This document shows positions 24,516 to 37,214 of a stretch of 64,000 nt of DNA, piece by piece. Below the pieces are notes generated by a model. It saw only the letters and a program-made list of their open reading frames with translations, was not told the origin of the DNA and did no database searches. The translations under genes and the position numbers were made by a program. This DNA is from Mustelus asterias (lineage: Eukaryota), in the NCBI RefSeq assembly GCF_964213995.1, contig NW_027590140.1:1054001-1118000 (forward strand), read 5' to 3'. Position 1 is the first letter of the stretch; the number at the start of each line of letters is the position of its first letter.

Positions 24516-26030
24516 AATGGATAATACTTAAATCTCTTCCATTTAAAAAATGTTGACTTTGTTTAAAAGCAGCTATGGTCAATCTCAAATAAGCACCACG
24601 GGATCTGTATTACCAGGTGACTCGATTCCTTTTGTTGGTCAGTTATGTTTACAATTTAGTGATATTCAATTTCAGAGATATTGAATACACAATAAGGACA
24701 TGTGTTAAATAATGTATTGCATTAAATATTGAACAACGAAACAAATACTAAGTACAATTGGTTGAGATTATTCGAAGGAAGTTGACAATGATGCGTTACT
24801 GACTGAGTAGAAATCATTGCTCCCTTAGACATCTGCCAGGCGAACGCTTTTAAATTTTGAATTTCAAGGTAAGTTTAGAAATCAGGTTGCAAGTAACGGT
24901 TTTCTTCTTGAATTAAACGAAACGGGTTCTCAGTCTAACCAATGGAACCTGCAGCATCACAGCGCAGTTGAACATTACGGGCAAGCCGATTAGTTGATCA
25001 TCTGTTGGATCATTCTCACTAAGCGTGACCGAAGTCTGCATGATTTAAGTTCATTACTCTACATTTGGCGAATCTCGATGTTTATTTAACTCAAATGTTT
25101 TTAGGAAAATCAGATCTTACATTAACTCAAATGCTTTCAGCAAAATCAGAAATGCTACATTTAGGACGCAATGGCAGGAAATAAATGTTTTTTCAGTTTG
25201 TACGCATATTTGCAACTCGTTCAGTCCAGAACTGAATTTAGCGTGTTTACAGATGCAGACTAACATATTTAATCACCATCTGAAACATGTCTGATCGTAT
25301 TGCGTGCTCGTAAAGATAGACACAAGTGAAACTGTAACTGGATTAGAGGAAATGGCGCACATTTCCCAGAAGCACCTTTTTAAAATTGATTTTCATGATA
25401 AAGAAACAGGACAAACCACTCAGGCAGATGTGGAAATCGAGAATCAGTGCGGACTTGCTGGACTTTCTATAGCTGAACGAGATTTAGGCGCCTGGATGTT
25501 TCTCACACGGAATAAAGAGGGATCAAGAATAACGAACAGATCATTCTAAATCTCTTCCCAAAGACATTTGATTTCGTTGCAAAGATGATTGTGGTCAATC
25601 TCAAATAAGCACCATAGCATGTGTATTATCCAATGGTTCGATCCGTTTTGTTGGTCAGTCATGTTTGCAATTCAATGTTGTATATTTCAGAGATATTCAT
25701 TACAAAATGACGACATGTGTTAAAAAATGTATTGATATTAAATGCTGAATAATGACAAATACTGGATATAACTGGTTGAACTTATTCGACCAAAGATGAT
25801 AATGATGCATTAATGATTGAGCAGAAGTCATTGCTCCCTTCGACATTTGCCGTACGAACGTTTTTTTTTAAATTTTGAAGTACAAGGTAAGTTGAGATAT
25901 CAGGTTGAAAGTAACGGATGTGTTCTTGTAATTAGTGACAAGGGGTCTCAATCTGACCATTAGAACCTGCATGAACACAATGGAGTTGAACATTGTAGTC
26001 AAGCCAATTGGCGGTTTTGCAATGTTAGCT

Positions 26031-26096
26031 GTTTCTGGATTGTAGCGGTTATCACGTTCGCCTAACAAGTGACAAGTCCGAGACCGGGCAGAAACA
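26031..26096 (+). tRNA. tRNA-Val(AAC) pseudogene
   Basis: GTTTCTGGATTGTAGCGGTTATCACGTTCGCCTAACA... with a deletion in the T arm. Confidence 0.75.
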
Positions 26097-27093
26097 TTCA
26101 TTAAGCTTTCTCATGTAGGGTGAGGAAGACCTGGATGATTTCAGTTCGTCGCTGAGCATTATCCGAATCTCGATGTTACAGCCATAGTTTCTTTGCTCTG
26201 ACCTCGGCCTCCAATACTTTCTGTAAAATAAGAAAAGCCTAAATTTTTGACGCACTCAGGGGAAAAAAAAACGTTTCAGTGTACAACAGAATTTAATGGG
26301 TTTATAGATGCAGACTAACATAGTTAATCACCATCTGAAACATGTCTAATAGTAGAGTGTGATCAAAAAGGCAGACACAAGTGATATTGTAAGTGAACTA
26401 GAGAAAATGGCGCACATTTCCTAGAAGAATTATTTTTAAAATCGTTTTTCGTAACAAAGAAATTGGAAAAAACACTCAGACAGAAGAGGAAATCGAGACA
26501 CAGTGCGGATCAACTGGACTTTCCTATTGATGGGCAGATTTCATACGTCTGAATGTTTCACACCCATAATTTTTTTAAAATGCTCAAGTATAATTAACAG
26601 GTAATTCTTCAACCCCTTCTCTTTAAAAATAGTTGACTTTGTTTAAAAGCTGACTATGCTCAATCTCAAGTATGCACCATAGGATCTGTATTACCCAGTG
26701 ACTCGATTTCTTTTGTTGGTCAGTTATGTTTCCAATTCAGTAATATTCATTTTCAGAGATATTCTATTCATAATGAGGGCATTTGTGTTAAATAATGTAT
26801 TGATATTAAATATTGAATGACGAAACAAATAATGAGTATAATTGGTTCAGGTTATTCGAAGGAAGATCAGAATGATGCATTAATGAATCAGCAGAAATCA
26901 TTGCTCTCTTAGAAATTTGCCAGACGAATGCTTTTACATTTTGAAGATCAAGATAAGTTGAGAAATGAGGCTGAAAGTGACGGTTTTCTTCTTGAATTAA
27001 TTGACATGGGCTCTCAGTCGAACCATTGGACCCTGCAGCAACAGAGCGCAGTTGAACATTGCAGACAGGCCGATTAGCTGCAGAGAGCTTTCA

Positions 27094-27166
27094 GTTTCTG
27101 TAGCCTAGTGGTTATTACATTCGCCTCACACACGGTAAGACCCCGGTTTGAAACCGGGCGGAAGCA
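27094..27166 (+). tRNA. tRNA-Val(CAC), full length but mutated (probable pseudogene)
   Basis: 73 nt: GTTTCTGTAGCCTAGTGGTTATTACATTCGCCTCACAC...GGTTTGAAACCGGGCGGAAGCA. Confidence 0.8.
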
Positions 27167-27213
27167 ATTTTGGATCCTTCTCGTTAAGCTTGAGCGAAGT
27201 CTGCATGATTTAA

Positions 27214-27318
27214 TAAAGCTTTGACAAGGAGTCATCTGGACTCGAAACGTCAGCTCTTTTCTCTCCTTACAGATGCTGCCAGACCTGCTGAGACTTTCCA
27301 GCATTTTCTCTTTTAGTT
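27214..27318 (+). mobile_element. Short Penelope-derived insertion with ~14-bp TSD
   Basis: TCTGCATGATT(T/C)AA on both sides; contains gagtcatctggactcgaaacgtc. Confidence 0.75.
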
Positions 27319-28275
27319 TCTGCATGATTCAACATTCAGCGAACCAACTTAAATGCTTTTAGGAAAATCAGATCTTACATCAACTCAAATGCTTTGAGGA
27401 CAATCAAAAATGCTGCATTTTAGGACGCTGTGGCAGCAAATAAATGTTTGTATGGTTTGCACACATACTCGCAACTCGTTCAGTCCACAACAGAATTTAA
27501 TGGGTTTATAGCTGCAGGCTAAGATATCTAATCACCATCTGAAACATGTCTGATAGGATGGCCTCCTCATGAAGACAAACAGAAGTGAAACTGTAATTGA
27601 ATTGCAGGTAATTTCTCAGAAGCATCATTTTTAAAATTGTTCTTCATGATAAACAAATAGGATACAAACACTCAGGCAGATGAGGAAATTGCGGATCAGT
27701 GCGGACCTGCTAGACTGCCGATAGATGAACGAGATTTAGACGCCAGAATGTTTTACATACAGAATGAAGAAGGATCAAGTATAAATAACAGATCATTCAT
27801 AAATTTCTTCCCTTGGAAGATCTTTGATTTTTTAACAAAATATGGTCATTTTCAAATAAGTACCATAGGATGTGTATTACCCAGTGAATCGATTTATTTT
27901 GATGGTCAGTTATGTTTGCAATTCAATATTTTATATTTCAGAGATATTCAATTCAGAATGAGGACATCTCATTAAATAAATGCATTGATATTAAATGTTG
28001 AATAACGAACCAATACTGGATGTAACTGGTTGAAATTATTGGACGGAAGATAAGAATGATGCATTAATGATTGAGCAGAAATCATTGCTCCCTTCGACAT
28101 TTGCCAGCCGATCGTTTTTTTTAATTTTGAAGTACAAGATAAATTGAGACGTCAGGTTCAAAGTAACAGATGTGTTTTTGCATTGAGTGACATGGGCCCT
28201 CAAACGAACCATGCGGACCGGCAGCAACACAGTGGAGTTGAACATTGTAGGAAGGCCGATTGGCGGCGCTATGCT

Positions 28276-28613
28276 GCACGGTAGCACAGTGGTTAGCACT
28301 GCTGCTTCACAGCTCCAGGGACGTGGGTTCGATTTCCGGCTTGGGTCACTGTCTGTGTGGAGTTTGCACATTCTCCTCGTGTCTGCGTGGGTTTCCTCCG
28401 GGTGCTCCGGTTTCCTCCCACAGTCCAAAGGTGTGCGGGTTAGGTTAATTGGCCATGCTAAAAATAAATTGCCCTTCGTGTCCTGAGATGCGTAGGTTAG
28501 AGGGATTAGTGAGTAAATATGTGGAGGTAGGGCCTGGGTGGGATTGTGATCGGTGCAGACTCGATGGGCCGAATGGCCTCTTTCTGTACTGTAGGGTTTC
28601 TATGATTTCTATG
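28276..28613 (+). mobile_element. Young HE1-like V-SINE inserted into a tRNA-Val unit
   Basis: cacggtagcacagtggttagcactgctgc...ttctatgatttctatga; the 3' part of tRNA-Val resumes at 28617-28674. Confidence 0.9.
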
Positions 28614-29088
28614 ACTTGGTTATCACATTTACCTAATACGCAGGCGGTTCCCGGTTCCGAATAAGGAGGGAACATTCATTTAGCTTTTTCATGTAGGGTG
28701 AGAGGAATCTGTCTGATTTCAGTTTGTTGGCGGACATTATCTGAATCTCGATGTTGCAACCATATTATCTTTGCTCAGAATCCGGCCTCACATGTTTTCT
28801 CCAAAATCAGAAATGCTGAATTTGATGACGCAAAATTGTGTAAATTCTCCCAGACATTTTGGATTATGAACAAAACGTATTTGAGATTAACATTTACTTA
28901 ATGAAATTCTTTGAGTAGAATTTAACTTAAAATAGCCAGTTTCTGTTGAAAAGCAATTAGCTGACATAAATTTCTCCAGAGAAGCTGACTGAAGTTCGTC
29001 AGCATCTGTCTGAAGAGGTCGAAAGTTATTGCAGACGTTTTTTATCGAAAGTAACACGCAATTTGTGAACTTATTTTAAGTTTTACAC

Positions 29089-29161
29089 TGAACCAGCCAG
29101 GAGTAGAACATGGAACCTACTGATCTATATTGAGAGGCGTTACCTATTGCGCTACTGGCCC
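29089..29161 (-). tRNA. tRNA-Arg(ACG)-derived pseudogene
   Basis: Reverse complement GGGCCAGTAGCGCAATAGGTAACGCCTCT...CTCCTGGCTGGTTCA. Confidence 0.7.
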
Positions 29162-29559
29162 ACACGCGACCTCGTGGAAGATGTTACATATTGGTCCAAT
29201 GTTCGAAATCAGGCGCAATTTTTTTAAAATTCTGCGTTCACTTGTGAGGAAAAGTTTCATCATTGAGATTATCTTTATTCATTTACAATCATCCCTAATT
29301 GCCCTTGAATTGAATTGCTGAGTTAACCTGCCGTGTGGGAATTCAACCTGCTGTCTAAATACAGTAAGATTACCCAATCACTCACTGCTCCCCTCAGTGA
29401 ATCAACTATCGAATATTACTTGAACATAATATTTTATACACATGTGCCATTAGCTTTTACATATGCCTCAACATGTATTCAGAACAAAGAAATAGAAGTG
29501 TTGAAAATTCTCTCCACACTGAGCAGGAAAAGAAATGTTCTTATTTTGACTCAGCACAC

Positions 29560-29990
29560 ATATTATCAGTTCGTGCAGTGTCTTCAAGAGCAGGTCAGAG
29601 GCTGGGAATCCTGCAGCGAGTAACTCATCTGACTCCCCACAACCTGTCCACCATCTACAAGGCACAAGTCGGGAGTGTCAGTGAATACTCCCCACTTATT
29701 TGGATGATGCAGGAACTCACCAAATAAACTCAAGACAGCTGTTTTCAAATCCAAGACCGCAATCACCTGTAAGCTCCCCTCAAGGCAATCAACGACCTTT
29801 ACTTGGAAATATAATGACCAGGAAAATCAACCCCTGCCCCTTCGCGAACAGCACTATGGATGTACCTACACCAATACACTGTACTGCTCAAGAAGGCAGC
29901 TAACCACCACCTTCGCAAGGATAATTAGTGATGGGTAATAAATGCAGGCCCAGCCAGTGACACTCACATCTCGTGAATGAATAAAAAGAA
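29560..29990 (+). mobile_element. L2/CR1-superfamily LINE 3' fragment
   Basis: RAGQRLGILQRVTHLTPHNLSTIYKAQV; same family as 19421-20150 and 32705-33530 (-). Confidence 0.8.
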
Positions 29991-30907
29991 AAATCCGGCC
30001 AGCTGCCTGAACGGGCAACTAATGGATCCCTTGAACAGGTGAATGGTGACAAACTGAATGTCCCCTGGCAAGTCAACCCTTTTGAAAATGTTTTTCTCGT
30101 GAGGGTGTTGCGCTGATGGATTCCCTGCAGTTTGTGCTCAGGATTTCAAACCAGACCACATATTATCCAATCCTGCCGTCAGTACCTGAAAGAAATGTAC
30201 AAAACCTGCGGATGAGGCAACAAACATCAAACAGTTCGGCCGGTATGTGAACCCTAGACTTGTCGCATACTTTGACCTCAAATACCCAAAGCCAGAATCG
30301 TTCCACTCGACCAACGAGGCTACACTTGCAGTACTTCCACCAAAATCTGACTGATTTGTGTGGATCCAAAGCAACTCAGAAATCTCTTTAAAAGCCAAAA
30401 TCGTTGAAAGGACGCCGGGAATTGAACCTGTCAGTATTTGAGGGCTGAGCCGGAAGCACGTCAGCATTTGAGGACTGAAAGCACCAAGAAAATATCCGCC
30501 CATGAAAGCTAACTCGACTGTTTGGAACTGGGCGCTTCTGTGTATAAAATACACATATTACCCTTTACACTGCAGAAAGGATGCGGAGCGCTAAGGTGAA
30601 CGAACGGGAATATTTGCAGCATAGCAACAGCAATACCGACTTCGACAACTCATAACAATATATCTCATGAAAGAATATAAGTTTGCTATCAATGCTAATA
30701 TAATATTCCCATTTCGATATTTTTTTAAAAATTACATTTTCTCAATATTGTTGCTGGTCGCGGTTGTGAGTCTGGAATTCGCGCCTACACGGAACCCGAC
30801 ACGGTATCCCACTGCCCTCTGGTGGCCGCGGCATGGAATTACAAAGTGCAGCTTTCTCCCACCGATGACACTTCAGGACTCAAGCTTGTGTTCAACAATT
30901 TCCGATC

Positions 30908-31123
30908 ATGAATTCTACCACGATATTTTTAATGCCCTTTATTCATATTGTAGACCGCACCTGGGTTGGAGAATCTTTTTTGTTTTGATTCCACCTCCTC
31001 TAGACAAAGACAACCCTTTTCCAGATATGGATCATGGAGATTCTGTCACTCAACCGCTGTGCTCAGCAGTTCAGGCAGAAGGAGAAGCGGTGACTTTGCA
31101 ATGCATCTATCACACGACATTTC
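30908..31123 (+). pseudogene. Truncated TCR V pseudogene (leader remnant + FR1)
   Basis: ttttccAG (31024) then DMDHGDSVTQPLCSAVQAEGEAVTLQCIYHTT, breaking off after Cys23. Upstream ATG MNSTTIFLMPFIHI lacks a clear donor. Confidence 0.7.
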
Positions 31124-31551
31124 ACTTCCTGAAAAGGGAACATTCTGAACAAATCAATTAATTCTCTTTAGTACCTTCTTGCTTCTGAACAAATGAAACC
31201 AAATTAGTCTGTTGATCACTGACGCTATTCTGTCTGATAGCTTCGCCAATTCGTCCGAAGACTTGGCGTTCTCTCGATTTCGTTGTCTCCAGGATTTGCG
31301 CAGAGAACTCCAACAATGACTTCCACAGATTTAGCATCGTTTTCCCAAATACATATCAACACTAACAAAGTCAGTATCTGAAGGGCTCCAATTTAGATTT
31401 CTGGAGAGCATTTTTATCTTTGTATATGTTACAGTAAACCCTGAATCAACTCAACAGGAAAATCCGAGCGTTCAATGAAAAACACTTCCCGACAGACGGC
31501 GCTAAATTCAAGCCCCAGTGTCACAAACGGAAACATGAATGGATGGTAGGC

Positions 31552-31565
31552 TTGTGATGTCACAA
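31552..31565 (+). promoter_or_regulatory. CRE-like TCR V promoter decamer
   Basis: TTGTGATGTCACAA (cf. AGTGAYRTCA) ~160 nt upstream of the leader ATG at 31719. Confidence 0.5.
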
Positions 31566-31718
31566 TAGACTGACCCACCCACTCCTCCCCACTGCACCCA
31601 GACGCACACACACACACGGACTCACTCACTGGAATCAGCTGAACAGAGCACGGGTTCCCTCTTTCATGCTCAATCGCTGACTCATTCCATTCCCATTCAC
31701 TGAGAGAGATAGTCAGAG

Positions 31719-32248
31719 ATGATTTTGGTCATGCTGACGGCGCTCTTGCACAGTAAGCACTGGATAATGTTCATCAAACCGGATAAACATATTGATGGCA
31801 ACTTAATTAACAATCTAAAATATCCACGTGATGCGCAGAATGGAGGTTCCACAAACTATTGCAGATACAAACACATTTACGTTAACGCTTGATATTTCAT
31901 TCTTCTGCCTTTACAGACGGACTGTGCGTAGATCCAGTAACTCAGTCACCGGTGACAATCACCGCATCAGAAAGGGGCTTTGGTGCAGTTACATTGTAAT
32001 TATACAGACAAGGATATGCACAGCATGCAATGGTATCAGCAGAAACCGGCGCAACCACCGACATGAATTATTTAGAAAATATTAACAATGAAGGAAGATA
32101 AATTTCAGGACGATATCTGGCGATAGCTAGCAAGTCTAATCAGAACGGTTACCTTAATATCAGCCCCTTCAGTGTGGAGGACGTGTCTGTCTATTACTGT
32201 GCAATTAGGCACAACGTTAGATTACAGTTAAAACTCCGTAGAAAAACC
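31719..32248 (+). pseudogene. TCR alpha-type V pseudogene with leader (31719-31752), V exon (31917-32209) and 23-RSS (32210-32248)
   Basis: MILVMLTALLH A|GTAAG; tacAG|..DPVTQSP...LHCNYT...MQWYQQKP...EDVSVYYCAIR with frameshifts and stops; CACAACG-23-AGAAAAACC. Confidence 0.9.
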
Positions 32249-32429
32249 TCAGCCATTTTTTACAACTCCACCAAGTTTGCTTCTGCGCGGATGGTTTGTC
32301 CCCGGGTTCACGAAGGCAGTCAGATCTATTTATCGGGCATTTTGTCCTGATTGAGATCGGCAAAGAAGCAGTTTGGGAAATCGAGACGCTAATCCCCATA
32401 CCGCGATTTATATAGTGAGCACGAACCAG

Positions 32430-32660
32430 AAATATCATCAGAAGGGTGAACTCAGGTGAAAATATGGCAGAAAATTACAGGCTGTTCTTTCAGAATTGTT
32501 AGCTCAAATGAGCCCTCGGACACCGACTCTCCGGTACTCTTTCCTGTAACGAAATACTGAATGGATAAAAGTCTTAAGTTCTTAACAAATGAGATGTAGA
32601 ATAACTGCCACACAGACTCACCCAGCAACACGACTATTATTATAAATCCGGGACACAGAT
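32430..32660 (-). pseudogene. TCR V remnant (leader without ATG, 78-nt intron, FR1)
   Basis: LCPGFIIIVVLL G|GTGAGT (32622); ttacAG|GKSTGESVSEGSFELTILKEQPVIFCH (from 32543), then a stop. Confidence 0.55.
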
Positions 32661-32704
32661 GCTCACCCAGCAGCACGAAGATAGTCGATTCTCACAGCTG
32701 ACAT

Positions 32705-33840
32705 TGGTGTATTGTGTGGTGGAGAGCTGCCTTCTTGAAGCGCTGCGGTCCCCGAGATGCAGGTCCACCCACGTGCTGTTAGTGAGGGGGTTCCAGGCTG
32801 TTGACGCAGTGACCATGCAGGAACAGCGATTTATTTCCAAGTAACGATTTGGAATAACTTGGAAGGGAACCTCGAGGTTGTAGTGTTCCCATGTGCCTGC
32901 TGCCCTTGTCGATCGAGATTGTACTGGTCGTGTGTTTGGATTGTGATATCTAAAAACAAGACCTCGGTGAGTTGCTGCAGTGTATCTTATAGATGGTGCA
33001 CACGGCTGCCACTATTCGTCTGTGGTGGCAGGAAAGGATGTTTATGAAATGGGTAGCAATCAAGCGGACTGCTTTGATCTAAATCGTGTCGAGCTTATTG
33101 AGTTTTCTTCTAGCTACATTCATCCAAGCAAGTCGAGAGTATTCCATCATACTCCTGACCTGTACCTTGTAGATGGTGGACAGGCTTTGGGGAATCACGA
33201 GGCGTGTTACTCGCCGCAGGATTCATTGGATCTTCTCTCGTAGCCACTGTATTTTTATTCCTGGGTCCAGTTCAATTTTCGGTCAACTCCCAGGATGTTG
33301 ATGGAGGTGGGGGTGGAGGCGGGGGGGGGGGGGGGGGGGGGAAGGCAGGTAGGGAGGCGGGAGCAGGGGGAAGGGTTCAGCGATGGTAATGCAATTGAAT
33401 ATCAAGGAACGTTGGTTAGGTCCTCTCTTAAGAGATGGTCACGGTCTGGAACTTGCGTGACGTGAATGTTGCTTGCTTATCAGATCAAACCTGAATATTA
33501 TTCAGTACTTGCGGGATTTGGGCATAGATCAAATGCCTGATTCGAGACATAGAAACATAGAAAAAGGAGCAGGAGGAGGCCATTCGGCGTTTTGAGCCTG
33601 CTCCACCTTTCATTACGACCATGCAGATCGTCCAACTCAATTGCCCGAATCCAGCTTTATCACCATAACCTTTGATCCCATTTCCCCCAAATGCTCTCTC
33701 TCGCTGCCTCTTGAATACATTCAATGTTTTGCCATCAACTACTTCCTGTGGTAATGAATTCCACAGGCTCACCACTCTTGGGGTGAAGAAATGTCTCCTC
33801 ACCTCCGTCCTAAATGGTCTACCCCGAATCCTCACACTGT
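32705..33840 (-). mobile_element. L2/CR1-superfamily fragment (32705-33530, with G tract at ~33305-33345) and CR1 3' end (33545-33840)
   Basis: Reverse complement of the family at 19421; CR1 motif RRHFFTPRVVSLWNSLP. Confidence 0.8.
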
Positions 33841-34097
33841 AAAACAATGCAGTATAATTCTTAAATTAAAGAATGCGGATGATTTTCTCATCACAAACCC
33901 CACTCTCACTGAGTGACTGTTTCTTCAATCGGATAAATGATGCCCTGACTGTCAATATGTCTGAGCAAAGCCGCTGTCAGGAATTGCAAAGCCCTGGCAA
34001 CCGCGCTCACATACTCAATTTCCTGCTCTCGTTCTGACATGTCTTGCCTGCAGTGTGCTGTTTATTTGATCGCTGCAGCAACTGTAAACGGGCGTGA

Positions 34098-35458
34098 GGT
34101 TTTTGTACAGTGACTGCCGTCTTTACTGTCAGTGTGGGCTCTATCGCACAGTAATACAAAGCGGTATCCGCGCTTTCCATGTTTTCAATAATCAACTGGC
34201 CCCATTTGTCCGCAGTCGAAAGTTCGAATTTCAGTCTGTCCGTTCTCTAGATACATATACAACAGTACAGCACAGTACAGGCCCTTCGGCCCTCGATGTT
34301 GTGCCGAGCTTTGTCCGAAACCAAGATCAAGCTATCCCACTCCCTATCATTCTGGTGTGCTCCATGTGTCTATCCAATAACGGCTTGAAAGTTCCGAAAG
34401 TGCCCGACTCCACTATCACAGCAGGCAGTCCATTCCACTCCCCAACCACGCTCTGAGTAAAGAACCTACCTCGGACATCCCTCCTATATCTTGTACCATG
34501 AACCTTATAGTAATGCCCCCTAGTTACAGCTACATCCACCCGAGGAAATAGTCTCTGAACGCCCACTCTATCTATCCCCCTCATCATCTTATAAACCTCT
34601 ATTAAGTCGCCTCTCATCCTCCTCCGTTCTTAAGAGAAAAGCCCTAGCTCCCTCAACCTTTCCTCATAAGACCTACCCTCCAAACCAGTCAGCATCCTGG
34701 TAAATCTCCCCTGCACTCTCTACAATGCTTCCACATCCTTCTTATAGTGAGGTGACCAGAACTGCACACAATATTCCAAATGTGGTCTCACCAAGGTCCT
34801 GTACAGTTGCAGCATAACCCCACGGCTCTTAAACTCAAACCCCCTGTTAATAAACGCTAACGCACTGTAGGTCTTCTTCACGGCTCTATCCACTTGAGTG
34901 GCAAACTTCAGAGATCTGTGGATATGAACTCCACGATCTCTCTGTTCCTCCACATTCCTCAGAACCCTGCGGTTGACCCTGTAATCCGCATTCAAATTTG
35001 TCCTACCAAAATTAATCACATCGCACTTATCAGGGTTAAACTCCATCTGTCATTTTTCGGCCCAGCTCTGCATCCTATCAATGTCTCTTTGCAGCCTACA
35101 ACAGCCCTCAACCTCATCCACTACTCCACCAATCTTGGTGTCATCAGCAAATTTACTGACCCACCCTCTCTTTGCCATCCAAGAATCTGCGTATTATCCT
35201 GACCAGGTTTTTGTCTGTACCAATACATTCCCTCAAAGCTGGACATGTCATAGCTGCAGTTTATCTGTACCGAATCCCGGCTTTGGACTGTTCTCGCTGT
35301 GGGAGTTTGTGAAACTTGGTCCGAGGGACATCGATCTATAAATAAAAAACATTCAGTCAATGAGGCACTTGTATTTAAATAGCAGTCTCTACAGGTTATA
35401 GAGTGAATTTCCTCCACTTACAAATTAGTAGAACCATAATGAAATGGAACAGATTCAT
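34098..35458 (-). pseudogene. TCR V gene disrupted by a CR1 insertion: leader 35458-35422, V 5' part 35335-~35165, V 3' part ~34248-34137, 23-RSS 34136-34098
   Basis: MNLFHFIMVLLI T|GTAAGT; DQVSQTP...INCSYDMSSFEGMYWYRQKPGQ; LIIENMESADTALYYCAIE; CACACTG-23-ACAAAAACC. Confidence 0.92.
34250..35165 (-). mobile_element. CR1 LINE 3' fragment inside the V exon
   Basis: KFADDT...LVRPHLEYCVQFWSP...MRGDLIEVYKM; same subfamily as 5873-6522. Confidence 0.92.
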
Positions 35459-37073
35459 TTGCACCGTGTAATGCAAAACAAATGTCAATAGGAAAACGGA
35501 GTACAGCTCACAGCAGAAGGGCACGCAGTGAATCAACAACTTCAATATTCTGCTGATGTAAGTATATCCAGATAAACTTTCAGACACTTGAGTTTTCCGC
35601 AATCTGATTGGTTGGAATCAGACTCTGTTCTCCCGATGTGGGGATGTGGTTTGTTGATACGCTGCTGCTTCTGTTTCGGGTCACGTGTGAGCAAGTCAAT
35701 TGTCTATAAACCAGGACCCTGCTTTACTGCAGTTACTTTAATTGATACAAGTGTTTAAAGCTTAACTGTTGAACAATGATGGCATTGATTTCAAATTAAG
35801 ATAATTATTCATGTGAATTCTTCCCAAGTTGCAGTTCAAATGATCTTTTCAAATACAAGCACCTCCTCCCGCTGCTCAGGTCTGGCCCCATTAACTTCGG
35901 AAACTCGACATTGGAATTTCAGTTGAAGCATCAACGGTTTAGTTGATAGCCTGCACCATTCTGGTCATTTTTTATTCTGCGCTCATCATCCTCACCCTGA
36001 CAATAGGAATATCCTGATTTTATTTATAACGTCTCATTTTATAATTTCCCCCACGTGCTTTCCGAAATGCAAGAATTCGGAAATGTAATGTCGAATATTT
36101 GCAATTTACAAACAGCAACAGCAACATTAGCAACGCGTAGGAATACATTGCATAAAATATAAACATATTTGTGTGAATAATAGTTTATTTCCACAGCTGC
36201 TCGTTTAATTTTTTTATTTAATACAGCAACTGAACACTGTTGTGAGCCTGGAACTCTTTCCAAACATTGAACCCAAACAACCTCTCACTCCCCTCTGATG
36301 GCTCCGACATTAAAAACAAGTTACGGCGTCCAAGTATTTTCACCTCCGGGAATCAAGATTGTTTTGAACAATTACCGATCCGAAACTCGGCAACAGTTTT
36401 TGAATGTTTTCTCTTTGCATTTTAGATGGCACCTTGTGGTGACGAATCTGTTTTTTTCATGACTTAACCGCCTTCACAATTATTAATTGCTTCGTAATTT
36501 GTCCCACTGCCTTATCTTTCCCTTGCTCCATCTTCCCTTTGTCATTTAAACTTTATTACCTTCCACTGAATTGACTGACCTCCCCTTTTGCTCTTTCTGC
36601 CTTCCAGCCTTTACCTGCCACTGTACATGCTTAAAACCTCTGACAATTGTAACATTTTATTCAATTGAGGGAGGTTATGCGGCCAATTGTGGATCAATCA
36701 TTCGGAAATGTAGTTGGTCCTCCTCCCGAATGTTCCTCCAGGCATCTCCTTAAATTACCTAAAGATCGAGTCATCTTCCATTCCAGCCGGAAATTTATTA
36801 CACACGCTTAGCACTTTCTGTGAGTAAAATGGATTTCTCGAGATTATCTGATAGTGATTTTTCACGCGTTGAACCCGGGTCCAGGTTAAGTCTCAACAAT
36901 TCAATTTCGAGTAAAAGTACAGGACATGTTTTCAATACATGATGCATCTGATTCTGAAGAGGTGGCGGTCAGGGATTTGACCCGTGTCTGATTGAAACAA
37001 ATCACCTGAAAATCCAGCCTATTCCTGGCTTCACTGATGATGATTCACTAACCCCACGCTGGGCACAGCAATT

Positions 37074-37120
37074 GGCTCCATAGCTCACTGGTAAGAGCAG
37101 GTCGGATGTAATGTTGGACA
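37074..37120 (+). tRNA. tRNA-Thr-like 5' half remnant
   Basis: GGCTCCATAGCTCACTGGTAAGAGCA; 3' half missing. Confidence 0.4.
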
Positions 37121-37214
37121 GTTTAAAGTTTTAAGTGTATTTTCACTGCCACAATTAGGCTGACATTAACACTGCAATGAAGTTTCAGTGACAATTCCCT
37201 CGTCGGCACAAAAG

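Larger units (their letters stand above)
23660..28860 (+). repeat. Decayed tandem array of ~1.07-kb tRNA-Val units alternating between two unit types
   Basis: Recurring spacer blocks (aatcaccatctgaaacat; ggtcaatctcaaataagcacc; aatgattgagcagaaatcattgctc) with a tRNA-Val slot at 23703, ~24990 (deleted), 26031, 27094 and 28617. Confidence 0.9.

Noticed and set aside
33305-33345. Long G/C homopolymer tracts (also ~39541-39585 and ~52110-52147)
   Set aside because: Simple tracts, two of them inside repeats; lengths are unreliable and there is no evidence of function.
12693-35458. Possible V-domain/GPCR fusion or RSS-flanked GPCR exons
   Set aside because: V exons end in RSSs without splice donors, and I found no convincing RSS next to any GPCR exon.
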